Below are positions 39,521 through 49,977 of a stretch of 64,000 nt of DNA, one piece after another; the stretch's first letter is position 1, and every line of letters begins with the position of its first letter. The DNA lies in NCBI GenBank assembly GCA_963799845.1, contig CAWCYI010000007.1, positions 32,001 to 96,000 of the forward strand. Direction: 5' to 3'. The notes below the pieces were generated by a model. That model saw nothing but the letters and a program-made list of their open reading frames with translations, searched no databases and had not been told where the DNA came from. Position numbers and translations under genes: made by a program. Source of the stretch: an uncultured Nitrososphaerota archaeon (GTDB taxonomy: Archaea; Thermoproteota; Nitrososphaeria; Nitrososphaerales; CADDZS01).

Positions 39521-41008
39521 GTGACCGAGATTTTGGAAGAAAACCAACCGCCGTCTGAGAAACTTGTTGCTCCGAAGCAGCCACAATTTGATTCGAAGTA
39601 TGCTAACAGGAACCTAATCCTGTTCGCGATACTCGCTGCCTCGGTCATGTACATCGAGATCATGTTGACTCCTTCGTTGCCAAAAATCCAATCAGATTAC
39701 GGAGTTACTAGCGGCCAAGTAAGCTTGATCCTCGCGCTCTACACAGTTTTCGGGACCGCTATAAACCCCATAGTAGGAAAACTGGGGGATATTTATGGGA
39801 AAAAGAAGATCCTCACTATTGTTCTGATTACCTATTCTATTACGGTCACGATGACTTCCTTTTCTCCGACATTCAATATTCTTCTTATTTCTAGGACCCT
39901 TCAGGGAATCGGGCTTGGAATATTCCCGCTAGCTTTCAGTCTAGTGCGAGAGCAGTTTCCTCGTGAACTCGTGCCGAAGGCCCAAGGTTTGCTTAGTGCA
40001 ATGTTCGGAGCCGGCCTAGCCCTCGGACTACCGGTTGGAGCTTTCGTCGCAAATGCATACGGTTGGCAGACAAATTACCACATAGCGACACCAGTTGTCC
40101 TTGCTCTTACAATTCTGATTGCCTTCACGGTCAAAGAGTCAGTATACAAGAATCCAAAGGCAAAGATGGATTATGTCGGGGCTGGAATCCTGGGGCTTGC
40201 CCTCGGAATGATAGTCCTCGGTCTCTCCGAAGGATCGGTCTGGGGTTGGACTTCGACACCGGTACTGGGTCTCATAATTATCGGAGTATTACTTTTCGTT
40301 CCGCTTGTGCCCTACGAAAGGCGGTTGAAAGAACCAGTGCTTGATTTTGTCCAGCTAAAGATAAGGAACGTTCTTGTCTCGAATATGATCGGGCTCATAA
40401 CGGGTCTCGCCATGCTGCTTGCATTCCAGTCCATAGTCTTTCAGCTTGAAGATATCAAGCCGGCTGGTTACGGCTTTGATATCTTTACGGCAGGGGTTTA
40501 TTTGTTGCCGCTGGCGATTGTTATGCTGATCGTTGCCTATCCGGTTGGGATACTGATTTCCAAATATGGTGTCAAACCATTCTTGATCGCAGGCAGCGTA
40601 ATCGGCGCAGTCGGATTCCTTCTCATTTCGACTGCAACCACTGCAATCCAGATACCCGAGTATCTTTCGGTCGCTTCAGTGGGGCTAGCAATGCTGATGG
40701 TGTCGATGCAAAATTTGCTTGTGCTTACTGTAAAACCGAAGGAAATGGGCCTTGCAACTTCGATGAATACAGTGTTCAGAAACGTTGGGAGCAGTTTCGG
40801 CGCTCCGATTGCGGGTTCGATTCTCTCGACTTTCACGATAACTTTCGTTCTGGGCGGTCTAAGTTTGGCGCTTCCCACAAGAGCTGCTTTCCAGTACACG
40901 TACTACGTCGCGGCAATTGCATTCGTCCTCGCATTAGTCGCTTCTCTGTTTGCGAAAGAAGTAATGGGTAAGAAGGTAAAACAAGAAGCTCCCGTAAACA
41001 TAGACTAG
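39521..41008 (+). CDS. MFS drug/H+ antiporter, 14-TM type
   Basis: GKLGDIYGKK motif A, SRTLQG; GTG 39521 preferred as start. Confidence 0.92.
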   Translation: MTEILEENQPPSEKLVAPKQPQFDSKYANRNLILFAILAASVMYIEIMLTPSLPKIQSDYGVTSGQVSLILALYTVFGTAINPIVGKLGDIYGKKKILTIVLITYSITVTMTSFSPTFNILLISRTLQGIGLGIFPLAFSLVREQFPRELVPKAQGLLSAMFGAGLALGLPVGAFVANAYGWQTNYHIATPVVLALTILIAFTVKESVYKNPKAKMDYVGAGILGLALGMIVLGLSEGSVWGWTSTPVLGLIIIGVLLFVPLVPYERRLKEPVLDFVQLKIRNVLVSNMIGLITGLAMLLAFQSIVFQLEDIKPAGYGFDIFTAGVYLLPLAIVMLIVAYPVGILISKYGVKPFLIAGSVIGAVGFLLISTATTAIQIPEYLSVASVGLAMLMVSMQNLLVLTVKPKEMGLATSMNTVFRNVGSSFGAPIAGSILSTFTITFVLGGLSLALPTRAAFQYTYYVAAIAFVLALVASLFAKEVMGKKVKQEAPVNID

Positions 41009-41100
41009 ATTCTTGGCACTGGTCGGAAGTCTGAATTTGCTCAGATCCCGTTCAAGCTAAAATACCAAGAGAGAGCCCCTGGTACTGGGGTCTTTCGAAT

Positions 41101-41955
41101 TTGGTCAGACGCAGCCAACTTTTTGTGCCAGCAAACGAAGAGAAGAAGATTAGAAAATCCGTTTCACTCGAAGCGGATTCCATAATTTTCGACCTGGAGG
41201 ATTCTGTTCCTGACGAGGCCAAGGCAGGCGCTAGAGGCTTGCTTTCCAGCTTGCTGAATGAACTCGACTGGGGAGCGAGGGAACTATGCGTTAGAATCAA
41301 TAGAATTACCGAAGGTTACTCCACAGAAGATCTAGAGGCCGTCTCGAAAATGGAAAAAATAGATTCGATCGTCCTTCCCAAGATCGAAGTAGAATCCTCG
41401 CGAGTCTTCGAGAAAACGGGGAAAAAGATTATCGCGCTTATCGAGACCGCTCGTGGACTGCTGCGTTTGCGGGAGATCGCCGAGTCGAAAGGGCTGGTAG
41501 CTATAAGTTTTGGACCTCAGGACTATGCGAACTCAGTTCGCGGGGATGTAAGCGTATACAGTTCGAACCTCTACGTCAGGACGGCAATTGTTGCAGCGGC
41601 ACGCGCAAATGACCTCGATCCAATCGATGGGGTGTATTTTGATCTAGCGGATCTGTCTGGATTTAGAGCAGAGGCAATGAGCGCACGAGAACTGGGCTTC
41701 TCAGGAAAACAAGTAGTTCATCCCTCCCAGATTGACGTCGCAAATGAAGTCTTTAGTCCCAGTGCAGAAGAACTATTGGAGGCAACGAGGATTGTCAAAA
41801 TTTACGAGAACGCCAGCAAAGAAAGTACGGGAGCGCTGCGAGTCAACGACCGCTTAATCGATGCCGTCCATTACAGGCGAGCAAAGGATCTTCTCGAACA
41901 GTCGAAAGGACAAAGAAGTCAAGTCAAGGCAGCAGAACATACTGGTAAAACCTGA
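41101..41955 (+). CDS. CitE/malyl-CoA lyase-like (HpcH/HpaI) CoA-ester lyase
   Basis: RRSQLFVP, FDLEDSV, VRIN, IETA, GKQVVHPSQ. Confidence 0.9.
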   Translation: MVRRSQLFVPANEEKKIRKSVSLEADSIIFDLEDSVPDEAKAGARGLLSSLLNELDWGARELCVRINRITEGYSTEDLEAVSKMEKIDSIVLPKIEVESSRVFEKTGKKIIALIETARGLLRLREIAESKGLVAISFGPQDYANSVRGDVSVYSSNLYVRTAIVAAARANDLDPIDGVYFDLADLSGFRAEAMSARELGFSGKQVVHPSQIDVANEVFSPSAEELLEATRIVKIYENASKESTGALRVNDRLIDAVHYRRAKDLLEQSKGQRSQVKAAEHTGKT

Positions 41956-42018
41956 AGATGCGGAATCCAGCGAATAGTTTTTCTGCGGAAGGTTTACCAA
42001 TGATACACAACTAGGTGA

Positions 42019-42312
42019 TTGAATCTGGAACAACCGATATTACCTGATATGAAGGGCCAGGAGATGAACTGCATCGAATGTGGAGAAAAAATGTTTTTTT
42101 CTGAGGAAAACTTGGTTCATGTTTGCTTGAACGAATCGCACGGAATCCTTTGCTACTTTCTCGGAGATAGCTGCTGGTTTGCAGCCAAGGAGGAAACGGC
42201 ACTTGATTTGTCAAAGAAGGGTATAAAGTACCACTTCATTCCGCAGTCAATATTCGAGAACGCCGGCATTGGTGCGAATTTTGAGTGCGACTATTCAGCG
42301 AAAAAATACTGA
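42019..42312 (+). CDS. Small Cys/His-rich hypothetical protein
   Basis: CIEC...C..H; GGTGA RBS-like sequence. Confidence 0.55.
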   Translation: MNLEQPILPDMKGQEMNCIECGEKMFFSEENLVHVCLNESHGILCYFLGDSCWFAAKEETALDLSKKGIKYHFIPQSIFENAGIGANFECDYSAKKY

Positions 42313-42387
42313 ATATATTACTGAACTAGGTTCCCGGAAGTACCATTTCACTAGCCGATTGTTTTGACTAAACGCATTAGGACACGG

Positions 42388-42759
42388 CTAATGCTGTATT
42401 AGCTCTAACCATATTCCGTTCGGGTCTTTTATGAAAGCAATCTTGCTGTTGGAGCCTTGCAAAGTGTACGGCTCCCTAGCTATTTCCACACCTTTCATCC
42501 TGAAAGCATCCACAGATTTTTTCACGTCTTCAACCATGAACGCGATATGATCAAGCTGATCTCCATCCGTCCAATCCTTTTTCTCACGCCAGAATGTCAG
42601 TTCAATTTCGGATCCATTCTGATCTTTTACAAACGCAATCTCCGCCTTGTTTTCAGGGATCTCTTCTCTTTCAGCTAGTGTCAATCCTAGAATGTCACGG
42701 TAGAAATCAATCGTCTTGTCCATGTCTTTAACGGTGATCGAAGTATGCGCAATCTTCAT
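42388..42759 (-). CDS. Lactoylglutathione lyase-like VOC protein
   Basis: HTSITV, IEL, DHIAF, KDPNGIWLE. Confidence 0.9.
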   Translation of the reverse strand: MKIAHTSITVKDMDKTIDFYRDILGLTLAEREEIPENKAEIAFVKDQNGSEIELTFWREKKDWTDGDQLDHIAFMVEDVKKSVDAFRMKGVEIAREPYTLQGSNSKIAFIKDPNGIWLELIQH

Positions 42760-42920
42760 TTGATATCAAGAAGCTCTTTGATAGTTCAAGTTTTAACATT
42801 TCTTTCCGACGTGATTTCATCGAGCTACGAAATTCGAACATAGTCTGAATGACGTCCCGAAGCAAGCCGTTAGGTTTAAACGGTATTCGAACATGTGATG
42901 AGTTTGAAAAAAAGTTCAAA

Positions 42921-43985
42921 ATGACAGATACTATGCGCGTCGGAATCGTTGGAGCCTCCGGCTATGTCGGTGGAGAATTGTTTCGGATCCTTGTAAACCA
43001 TCCAAATGTCAAGGTTACGATTGCGACATCGAAGCAGTATGACGGCGAAGTTGTTTACAGGGTGCATCCTAATCTTAGATCGTTCACGGAGTTAAAATTC
43101 ATCGCTCCAAATTTAGATATGCTGACCTCAAACTGTGATTTTGTTTTTACGGCTGTTCCTCATGGGTCTGCGGTCAAAATCGTACCAGAACTCGTGAAAA
43201 CTGGCCTCAAGATTGTTGACATGAGTGCAGATTTCAGGTTGCACAATGTCGAAGCCTATCAACACTGGTACCATTATCAACACCCCCATCCAGAAATGTT
43301 GAAAACAACTCCCCTGGGGATTCCGGAGCTATATCGCGATAAAATCCAGAGTTCGAACCTAGTAGCCAATCCAGGGTGTATGTCGATTACCAGTATTCTT
43401 GCACTAGCACCGTTTGCCAAATCGGGGATCATTGACCTAAACCACATCATTGTTGACTCTAAAATCGGAAGCTCTGGCGGTGGAACAAAGCCCTCGATAG
43501 CTACACACCACGCCGAACGTTACGGCGTCGTCCGACCCTACAAACCCGTAGATCATCGTCACACGGCAGAAATTGAACAGGAGATCTCGAAGTTTGCGGG
43601 GAGAAATGTGAAGGTGTCGATGACGCCCCACGCGGTAAATATCGTCAGGGGAATCTTGTGTACAATTCATACTTTTGGAAAGGAAAAGCTCGAGACTCCC
43701 ATTGTTTGGAAGGCGCTCAGAGACTTTTACAGAGACTCTAGGTTCATTCGGTTTGTAAAGGACAAGAAGGGTCTCGCAAAATACCCAGATCCAAAGATTC
43801 TCCCAGGATCGAACTTTTGCGACATCGGCTTTGAAATTGATGAGAGACTCAACCGCCTGCTTCTTTTGTCAGCGACTGACAATCTGATGAAGGGAGCTGC
43901 GGGTAACGGAGTTCAATGCATGAATCTGATGGCTGGCTTCGAGGAAACCGCCGGCCTTCTCTTTCCGGGGCTGCATCCTGTTTGA
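42921..43985 (+). CDS. lysY: LysW-aminoadipyl/glutamyl-phosphate reductase
   Basis: GASGYVG, ANPGC, DNLMKGAAG; within the LysW operon. Confidence 0.93.
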   Translation: MTDTMRVGIVGASGYVGGELFRILVNHPNVKVTIATSKQYDGEVVYRVHPNLRSFTELKFIAPNLDMLTSNCDFVFTAVPHGSAVKIVPELVKTGLKIVDMSADFRLHNVEAYQHWYHYQHPHPEMLKTTPLGIPELYRDKIQSSNLVANPGCMSITSILALAPFAKSGIIDLNHIIVDSKIGSSGGGTKPSIATHHAERYGVVRPYKPVDHRHTAEIEQEISKFAGRNVKVSMTPHAVNIVRGILCTIHTFGKEKLETPIVWKALRDFYRDSRFIRFVKDKKGLAKYPDPKILPGSNFCDIGFEIDERLNRLLLLSATDNLMKGAAGNGVQCMNLMAGFEETAGLLFPGLHPV

Positions 43986-44794
43986 GTGGTCCGATCATCG
44001 TGTGCAAGATCGGCGGCAGCATAATAGATGGTGTCAGTCCCTCAATTATCGATGATGTGAAGGGTCTTCACAGCGCCGGCACGAAAGTGGTTCTCGTTCA
44101 TGGGGGCGGAGACCAGGTGACTGCTGTTGCGGAAAAGATGGGCAAAAAGCAGGAATTCATAACCTCACCTGAAGGAATCAAGAGCAGGTACACTGACAAG
44201 GAGACCGCAGAAATCTTTACGATGGTAATGTCGGGCCTCCTCGCGAAGCAGATAGTTCAGACACTTGAAAAAAACGGAATCCAGAGCGTGTCTCTTACGG
44301 GTATCGACGGGATGCTACTGAAAGCTCAGAGGAAGAAGAAATTGATCGTGGTTGACGAGCGGGGCAGAAAGGTTGCTATCGAGGGAGGATTTACAGGAAA
44401 AATTAATGGAATAAATTCTAGCTTGCTGGAACTGTTATTGTCAAATAATTTGGTCCCCGTCATATCTCCAGTTGCAGCGGGAGAGGAGTTCGAACTGCTG
44501 AATGTTGATGGAGACCGTGCCTGCTCGCATGTCGCCGGCGCCCTAAAGGCGGATGCGGCAATTTTCTTAACTGACACTGAAGGGTTGATTTTGGACGACG
44601 TTGTGGTTAGTAAGATGAGTACTGAAGAAGGAAGAAAAGCACTACCAAGGATAGGCGCAGGAATGGACAAGAAGGTCATTGCCGCCGTCGAAGCGGTGGA
44701 GATGGGGGCGAAAATGTCTGTCATTGCCTCAGGATTGAAGGAAAATCCGTTGCAGAAGGCGATCTCGGGAATAGGGACGGTTATTTCAAATTGA
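43982..44794 (+). CDS. lysZ: LysW-aminoadipate/glutamate kinase
   Basis: KIGGS, VHGGG, SRYTD, NVDGD; TTG start overlaps the lysY stop. Confidence 0.93.
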   Translation: MSGPIIVCKIGGSIIDGVSPSIIDDVKGLHSAGTKVVLVHGGGDQVTAVAEKMGKKQEFITSPEGIKSRYTDKETAEIFTMVMSGLLAKQIVQTLEKNGIQSVSLTGIDGMLLKAQRKKKLIVVDERGRKVAIEGGFTGKINGINSSLLELLLSNNLVPVISPVAAGEEFELLNVDGDRACSHVAGALKADAAIFLTDTEGLILDDVVVSKMSTEEGRKALPRIGAGMDKKVIAAVEAVEMGAKMSVIASGLKENPLQKAISGIGTVISN

Positions 44795-46002
44795 ATGAAG
44801 AAGACGCTCATCTAGTTCCCCTCTACCAAAAGTTCCCAATTGAGGTAGTTCGGGGTGATGGAGCTCTCGTTTATGATATGAACGGGCGCGAGTTCATCGA
44901 CCTTTCCGGCGGGTATGGTGTTGCAATCGTTGGGCACTCAAACAAACGAGTTGCAGACGCGATCGCAGAGCAGGCCCACAAGTTAATCACTTGCCACGGA
45001 TCGCTTTACAACGATTCGAGGGAGATGTATCTGTCGCTTCTTTCAAAGCACCTGCCTTCGGGCTTGACCAGAATCTTCTTCAGCAACAGTGGAGCGGAAG
45101 CCAATGAAGCCGCGTTCAAGTTTGCAAGAAAGACGACTGGCCGAGCAAACATCGTCGCGTTCACCGGCAGTTATCACGGGAAGACTTACGGTGCGCTTTC
45201 CGCAACATGGAATCAAAAATACAGAAAACCGTTCGAGCCTCTAGTTCAAGGAGTCAGGTTCTCTCCGTTCGGTAATCTGGAAAAAGCCAAGGAAGCTATT
45301 GACGAAACTGTTTCGGCGGTTATTGTCGAGCCCATTCAGGGCGAGAGCGGGATCCATATACCGCCTGATGACTTTTTGCCGGGGCTCAGAGAGACGACTA
45401 GAGCAAAGGGAGCCTTGCTGATTTTCGACGAGGTGCAGTCAGGTTTCGGCAGGACCGGTAAGCTTTGGGCGTGCGAGAATTGGGGCGTGTCTCCCGACAT
45501 TTTGACCGCGTCAAAAGGTATAGCGGGAGGATTTCCTTTTGCAATTACTGCGACCAACGAATCGATCTCTTCCATAATGAAACCCGGCGAGCATACGAGC
45601 ACATTCGGAGGGAATCCCCTTGGTTGTGCGGCCGCCTATGCTGCGCTGGATTTTGTGATATCTGAAAAGATCCTTGAAAAGGCTATAAACGATGGGGAAT
45701 ACTTCAGAGCTCAACTGGAATCTGTTCGTCAAAAACATCCATCCATTGTCAGAGAAGTTCGCGGAAAGGGGTTGATGGTAGGTGCTGAACTCAAGATTCC
45801 AGTAAAGGACGTGATCACGACTGGATTCGATTATGGTCTGATCTTGCTGTATTCGGGTTTGAACATCTTGCGGTTCCTGCCACCACTTGTCATCACGCGA
45901 TCTCAAATTGACAGAGTTGTTTCAGGGCTGGATCAGATATTTTCTACAATTGAAAAAAGCGGCCCAGCGGCAAAGGTCATCGAAAAGATCGCGTCTGATT
46001 GA
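44791..46002 (+). CDS. lysJ: LysW-semialdehyde aminotransferase (class III PLP)
   Basis: NSGAEA, YHGKT, DEVQSG, SKG, TFGGNP. Confidence 0.93.
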   Translation: MNEEDAHLVPLYQKFPIEVVRGDGALVYDMNGREFIDLSGGYGVAIVGHSNKRVADAIAEQAHKLITCHGSLYNDSREMYLSLLSKHLPSGLTRIFFSNSGAEANEAAFKFARKTTGRANIVAFTGSYHGKTYGALSATWNQKYRKPFEPLVQGVRFSPFGNLEKAKEAIDETVSAVIVEPIQGESGIHIPPDDFLPGLRETTRAKGALLIFDEVQSGFGRTGKLWACENWGVSPDILTASKGIAGGFPFAITATNESISSIMKPGEHTSTFGGNPLGCAAAYAALDFVISEKILEKAINDGEYFRAQLESVRQKHPSIVREVRGKGLMVGAELKIPVKDVITTGFDYGLILLYSGLNILRFLPPLVITRSQIDRVVSGLDQIFSTIEKSGPAAKVIEKIASD

Positions 46003-46427
46003 GTGCGAAGATGATGGATCATATAGATGAAAAAGTCCTCTCAATTTTGAGAGAGGATAGTCGAAAGTCGTTTGTAGAGATTGCAAAACAAGTCAGCCTT
46101 TCCGAGGCCGCTATCCGCCGAAGAGTATCCAACTTGACAAAGTCCGGCGTGATTTCAAAATTTACAATCGAAACCAATATTGGCCCGCAGGCAAACGCGA
46201 TTAGCCTGCTATCTGTGAATCCGAGTTTTCCTACTTCCGAAATATCAAACCGCTTAAAGAAAACAAAGGGCGTCCAGTCTATTTTCGAAATAACGGGGGA
46301 ATACGACATCGCAGTTATTGTAGGCGGTTCGAATATAGCAGAAATAAATGGGACAATTGACGAAATACGCAAATTGTCAGGCATAGATGATACGAATACC
46401 GTCGTCGTTTTGAAAGTAGTTCGCTGA
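45999..46427 (+). CDS. lysM: Lrp/AsnC regulator of lysine biosynthesis
   Basis: N-terminal HTH, RAM domain EITGEYD; operon position. Confidence 0.88.
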   Translation: MSAKMMDHIDEKVLSILREDSRKSFVEIAKQVSLSEAAIRRRVSNLTKSGVISKFTIETNIGPQANAISLLSVNPSFPTSEISNRLKKTKGVQSIFEITGEYDIAVIVGGSNIAEINGTIDEIRKLSGIDDTNTVVVLKVVR

Positions 46428-46498
46428 GTTCGCAGCAAGAAGCGTTATATTCGTAACAAATCTGCGTATATCGTAGATATCCAAGAGGCTACACTTTC

Positions 46499-47731
46499 TT
46501 GACCGAGATTGAATTTTCACGCGAACCGCTCCCCACCGATGCCAATTATTATTCTGGAATTTTGAATTCCGAGGGATCGCTATCCAAGCTGCCGAACATT
46601 TCCGTACTCGATTCAACCCTGAGGGAAGGCGAGCAAAGCGTCGGGATTTCTTTTTCGAAGAGACAGAGATTGCAAATTGCATGGATGCTGGATTACTTTG
46701 GCGTCGACAGTATCGAGATCAGTCCAGTGATTTCGGAATCGCACAAGGAGTCTCTCAAAGAAATGAGAAAGGCGGGTTTCAGTGCCCAGATAATTTCGCA
46801 CGGGCGGGCTCTTCCCGCCGATATTGACGTAGCATTGACCTGCGACGTAGAATGGGTCGCGATGTATCATTCAGTGTCGGATGTGCATCTCACGAACAAG
46901 CTCCATGTCTCCAGAGCGGAGGCACTCCAACGATCTGTTAGAGCGGTTGAATACGCAAAGAGCCATGGATTAAAGCTTCGATTTACTGTCGAAGACGCCA
47001 GTCGAGCCGAGCCAGAGTACTTGTCTCATTTCATTTCCGAGATTTCTAGAGCTGGCGCAGATCGGATTGGGATTCCTGACACCGTTGGCATTATGCTTCC
47101 TAGGGGGATGAAGAGGCTGATCCGTATTGCGAAAAATGCAACGGATCTCCCTATCGACGTTCATTGTCACAACGATCTCGGCCTCGCTGTTGCAAATTCT
47201 CTCGCTGCAGTCGAAGCCGGGGCAGACCAGATACACGTTACCATCGACGGAGTTGGTGAAAGAGTTGGAATAGCGTCGCTGGCGGAAGTTACGATGGCGC
47301 TCAGGTTATTGTATGGAGTAAGGCGGCAATTCAGGTATGAAATGCTCAGTGAACTGTCTTCCCTAATTGCCAGCTACTCAAATTCGGAAATTTTTCGTAA
47401 CAAGCCAATGGTGGGTAAGAACGCTTACACTCACAAAGCTGGAACTCATCTTGCTGCGATAATTCAGAACCCCGAGACATATGAACTCATTCCACCAAAA
47501 GCCGTCGGGAACTCTAGAAGGGTTGTTTTCGGCGAACTTTCGGGAAAAAATGGAGCCGCTTTCTTGATGAAAACTTTAGGGCTGGAGCCCTCCACGGAAT
47601 TGAGTCAGAAACTCGCCCTGGGGCTGAAGAACCTCAGAGTAGGAGATCTTTTCGAACTGGGATTAACTGACAAATTGGAAGCTGAAGCCGTAAACGCGAC
47701 TGAAAATATCGCGGCGACGGTTCAAAATTAG
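46499..47731 (+). CDS. Homocitrate synthase (DRE-TIM, no regulatory domain)
   Basis: DSTLREGEQ, HCHND, GVGERVG, HKAGTH; operon context. Confidence 0.85.
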   Translation: MTEIEFSREPLPTDANYYSGILNSEGSLSKLPNISVLDSTLREGEQSVGISFSKRQRLQIAWMLDYFGVDSIEISPVISESHKESLKEMRKAGFSAQIISHGRALPADIDVALTCDVEWVAMYHSVSDVHLTNKLHVSRAEALQRSVRAVEYAKSHGLKLRFTVEDASRAEPEYLSHFISEISRAGADRIGIPDTVGIMLPRGMKRLIRIAKNATDLPIDVHCHNDLGLAVANSLAAVEAGADQIHVTIDGVGERVGIASLAEVTMALRLLYGVRRQFRYEMLSELSSLIASYSNSEIFRNKPMVGKNAYTHKAGTHLAAIIQNPETYELIPPKAVGNSRRVVFGELSGKNGAAFLMKTLGLEPSTELSQKLALGLKNLRVGDLFELGLTDKLEAEAVNATENIAATVQN

Positions 47732-47749
47732 GGAGGTGAAAGAAACACG

Positions 47750-47917
47750 ATGAATTGTTTGGAATGCTACGGAGAAATTGGCGTCCCTAAGGACGCGATT
47801 GATGGCGAAATTGTGACTTGCAATGACTGCGGAACGTCTTTTGAACTTGACATAACCGATGCCGCTGTCGTTAGCATAAAGCCCGCAGAAACAGTCGGCG
47901 AGGACTGGGGAGAGTAG
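47750..47917 (+). CDS. lysW: Amino-group carrier protein LysW
   Basis: Not in track (55 aa): MNCLECYGEIGVPKDAIDGEIVTCNDCGTSFELDITDAAVVSIKPAETVGEDWGE; GGAGGTGA RBS. Confidence 0.98.
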   Translation: MNCLECYGEIGVPKDAIDGEIVTCNDCGTSFELDITDAAVVSIKPAETVGEDWGE

Positions 47918-47925
47918 GCCAGTCC

Positions 47926-48790
47926 TTGAACCGAATTTCCATGGTCTATGATCTGGTAAGAATCGAAGAGAAGGCGATCATAGAGGCGGCTAAAAAGAGA
48001 AGCGAAATTGAGCTCAAGATTTACGACTCGAAGGATCTTTACTTTGATTTACTCGACGGAAGCGGAGTGCGCGAAAAATTTGGCAGCGTCGTATTGCAAC
48101 GCAGTGCCTCGTACTTTCGGAATCTGCATCTTACTGGGGTCTTAGAGAGTCAGGGCGCTCGCGTTGTTAATGGACTGGATACCGCTCTAAAGACCGGCAA
48201 TAAGCTTCTGACAAGTCTGATTCTGGCAAAAAATGGTGTGCCGACTCCCCGGACTAAACTCGCGTTTACCGAAGAGACTGCGTTGAAGGCATTGAACGAG
48301 TTGGGTTATCCCGCGATATTGAAACCCACAATCGGAAGCTGGGGACGGCTAGTCAGCTCTCCTTAATGACGAGGATGCAGCGAAAAGCGTTATTGAAGAT
48401 CGGGAAGAAATGTTTCCTCTTTACCAGGTGTATTACATTCAAGAAAAAGTAAAGCGGCCCCCCAGGGACATCCGTGCGGTCGTCATTGGCGACAGTACGG
48501 TTGCCGCAATATACAGAATATCGACTACTAGCGATTGGAGAACGAATACTGCACGAGGGGGTAAAGCGGAAAATCTGCCCATTACCGAGGAATTGAATGA
48601 TCTGTGCCTGAAAGCTGCACGGCCTTTCGGGGAAGGGATCTTCGGAGTAGATCTGATGGAGTCAGAAGACAGAGGTCTTCTTGTGCACGAAGTTAACAAC
48701 ACAACTGAATTCAAGAACGTAATGGCCCAGAGCAAAGTGGACATTCCCGGAATAATTGTAGATTACCTGATTGAACTTTCGAGAAAATAG
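47926..48790 (+). CDS. lysX: LysW ligase (ATP-grasp), frameshift at 48354
   Basis: GSWGRLV, RDIR, WRTNTARGG, HEVNNTTEFK. Removing C48354 joins the ORFs (VALLNDEDAAKSVIEDRE). Confidence 0.93.
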
Positions 48791-48813
48791 CTTCAAGAGA
48801 AAGTGTATCCAGC

Positions 48814-49977
48814 ATGACTTCAGAGATCGAAAGTCAGATCGCAAATAGGCCGAGCTTGAAAGAAAAAACAGACCTTATTCTTCAAATTATTTCCGCATAC
48901 TCGCCATCGCAACAAGAAAGTGGTGTCGCGAGAATAATTTTTGACTATCTGAAAATGAGAAGAACGAATCCGCATATTGATGCGGCTGGAAATGTGATTT
49001 GCGAGATCGGAGATGGAGATGACTCAATTTTGTTATGCGGACACATGGACACGGTTCCCGGCGAGCTTCCAGTAAAAATGGAAGGGAACTGGGTTTTTGG
49101 AAGGGGTGCGTGCGATGCCAAGGGTGCTCTACTAAGCTTGCTTTTTGCGTTCGAGAATCTGGCAGGCGCTCATCATAAGAATGCGACAGGGAAGGTAATT
49201 TTTGCTGGAGTAACTGAAGAGGAGCAATCAAGTTCGGGTCTTTCCGAACTAATCCGGGCAAATACGAAAGCGAACTATGCGATATTCGGAGAACCTGGCG
49301 GCTCTTCGAAGATTACTGTGGGGTATCGCGGCCACCTGACCGTGCGGCTTACCATTGTTACTCCGGAAGTCCACGCCAGCGCCCCAAAACTCGTAACCAA
49401 CTCTGCGGAGCTCCTTTACGAAATTTACAAGTCAATAAAAAATGGTCTCGGAGCCGAAAATGACGGATCATTAGATCGGCCTTCGGCATCGATTACGGAA
49501 ATCAGCAGCGGAACAGCGCACAATGTTATTCCTGGGAAAACTGTCGGGACTTTTGATATTCGTGTTCCTTTGGGAAAGACAACTGAACAGTTTAGGGTGA
49601 CTATTCAGAACATAGTTGCTGGTTTTCTCGAGCGGATTTCTGACGCAGCGATTTCATTGTCATTTGACGAGCCGACCGAGCCATACCGTGTTCCGCTAAA
49701 CTCCGCTCTGGTCAGAGCAATTAATCGGGCGATATTGAAAACCGGAGCAAAGCCATCGCTCATAACGAAGTCAGGCACGGGAGACATGAACACATACGCA
49801 ATTGCTTTCGGAGTGGACGCGGTTACATACGGCCCTGGCGAAGCGAAACTGTCTCATTCTTCAGAAGAAAAAGTGAGCATAAGCGAAATATTCGCGTGCG
49901 CCGACATAGTGTCCAATGCGACACTGGAACTTTTTGAGATGAATCGAAAAAATACGAATTCAAAGATAGTATCTTGA
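48814..49977 (+). CDS. lysK: LysW-lysine/ornithine hydrolase (M20)
   Basis: GHMDTV, GRGACDAKG, EEE, GEP, SGTGDMN, YGPG. Confidence 0.93.
   Translation: MTSEIESQIANRPSLKEKTDLILQIISAYSPSQQESGVARIIFDYLKMRRTNPHIDAAGNVICEIGDGDDSILLCGHMDTVPGELPVKMEGNWVFGRGACDAKGALLSLLFAFENLAGAHHKNATGKVIFAGVTEEEQSSSGLSELIRANTKANYAIFGEPGGSSKITVGYRGHLTVRLTIVTPEVHASAPKLVTNSAELLYEIYKSIKNGLGAENDGSLDRPSASITEISSGTAHNVIPGKTVGTFDIRVPLGKTTEQFRVTIQNIVAGFLERISDAAISLSFDEPTEPYRVPLNSALVRAINRAILKTGAKPSLITKSGTGDMNTYAIAFGVDAVTYGPGEAKLSHSSEEKVSISEIFACADIVSNATLELFEMNRKNTNSKIVS

Noticed and set aside
47926-48790. Programmed frameshifting or pseudogenisation of lysX and other split genes
   Set aside because: No slippery heptamer at the lysX site, both halves are otherwise intact, and the same TCAGCT context recurs in unrelated genes; systematic sequencing error is simpler
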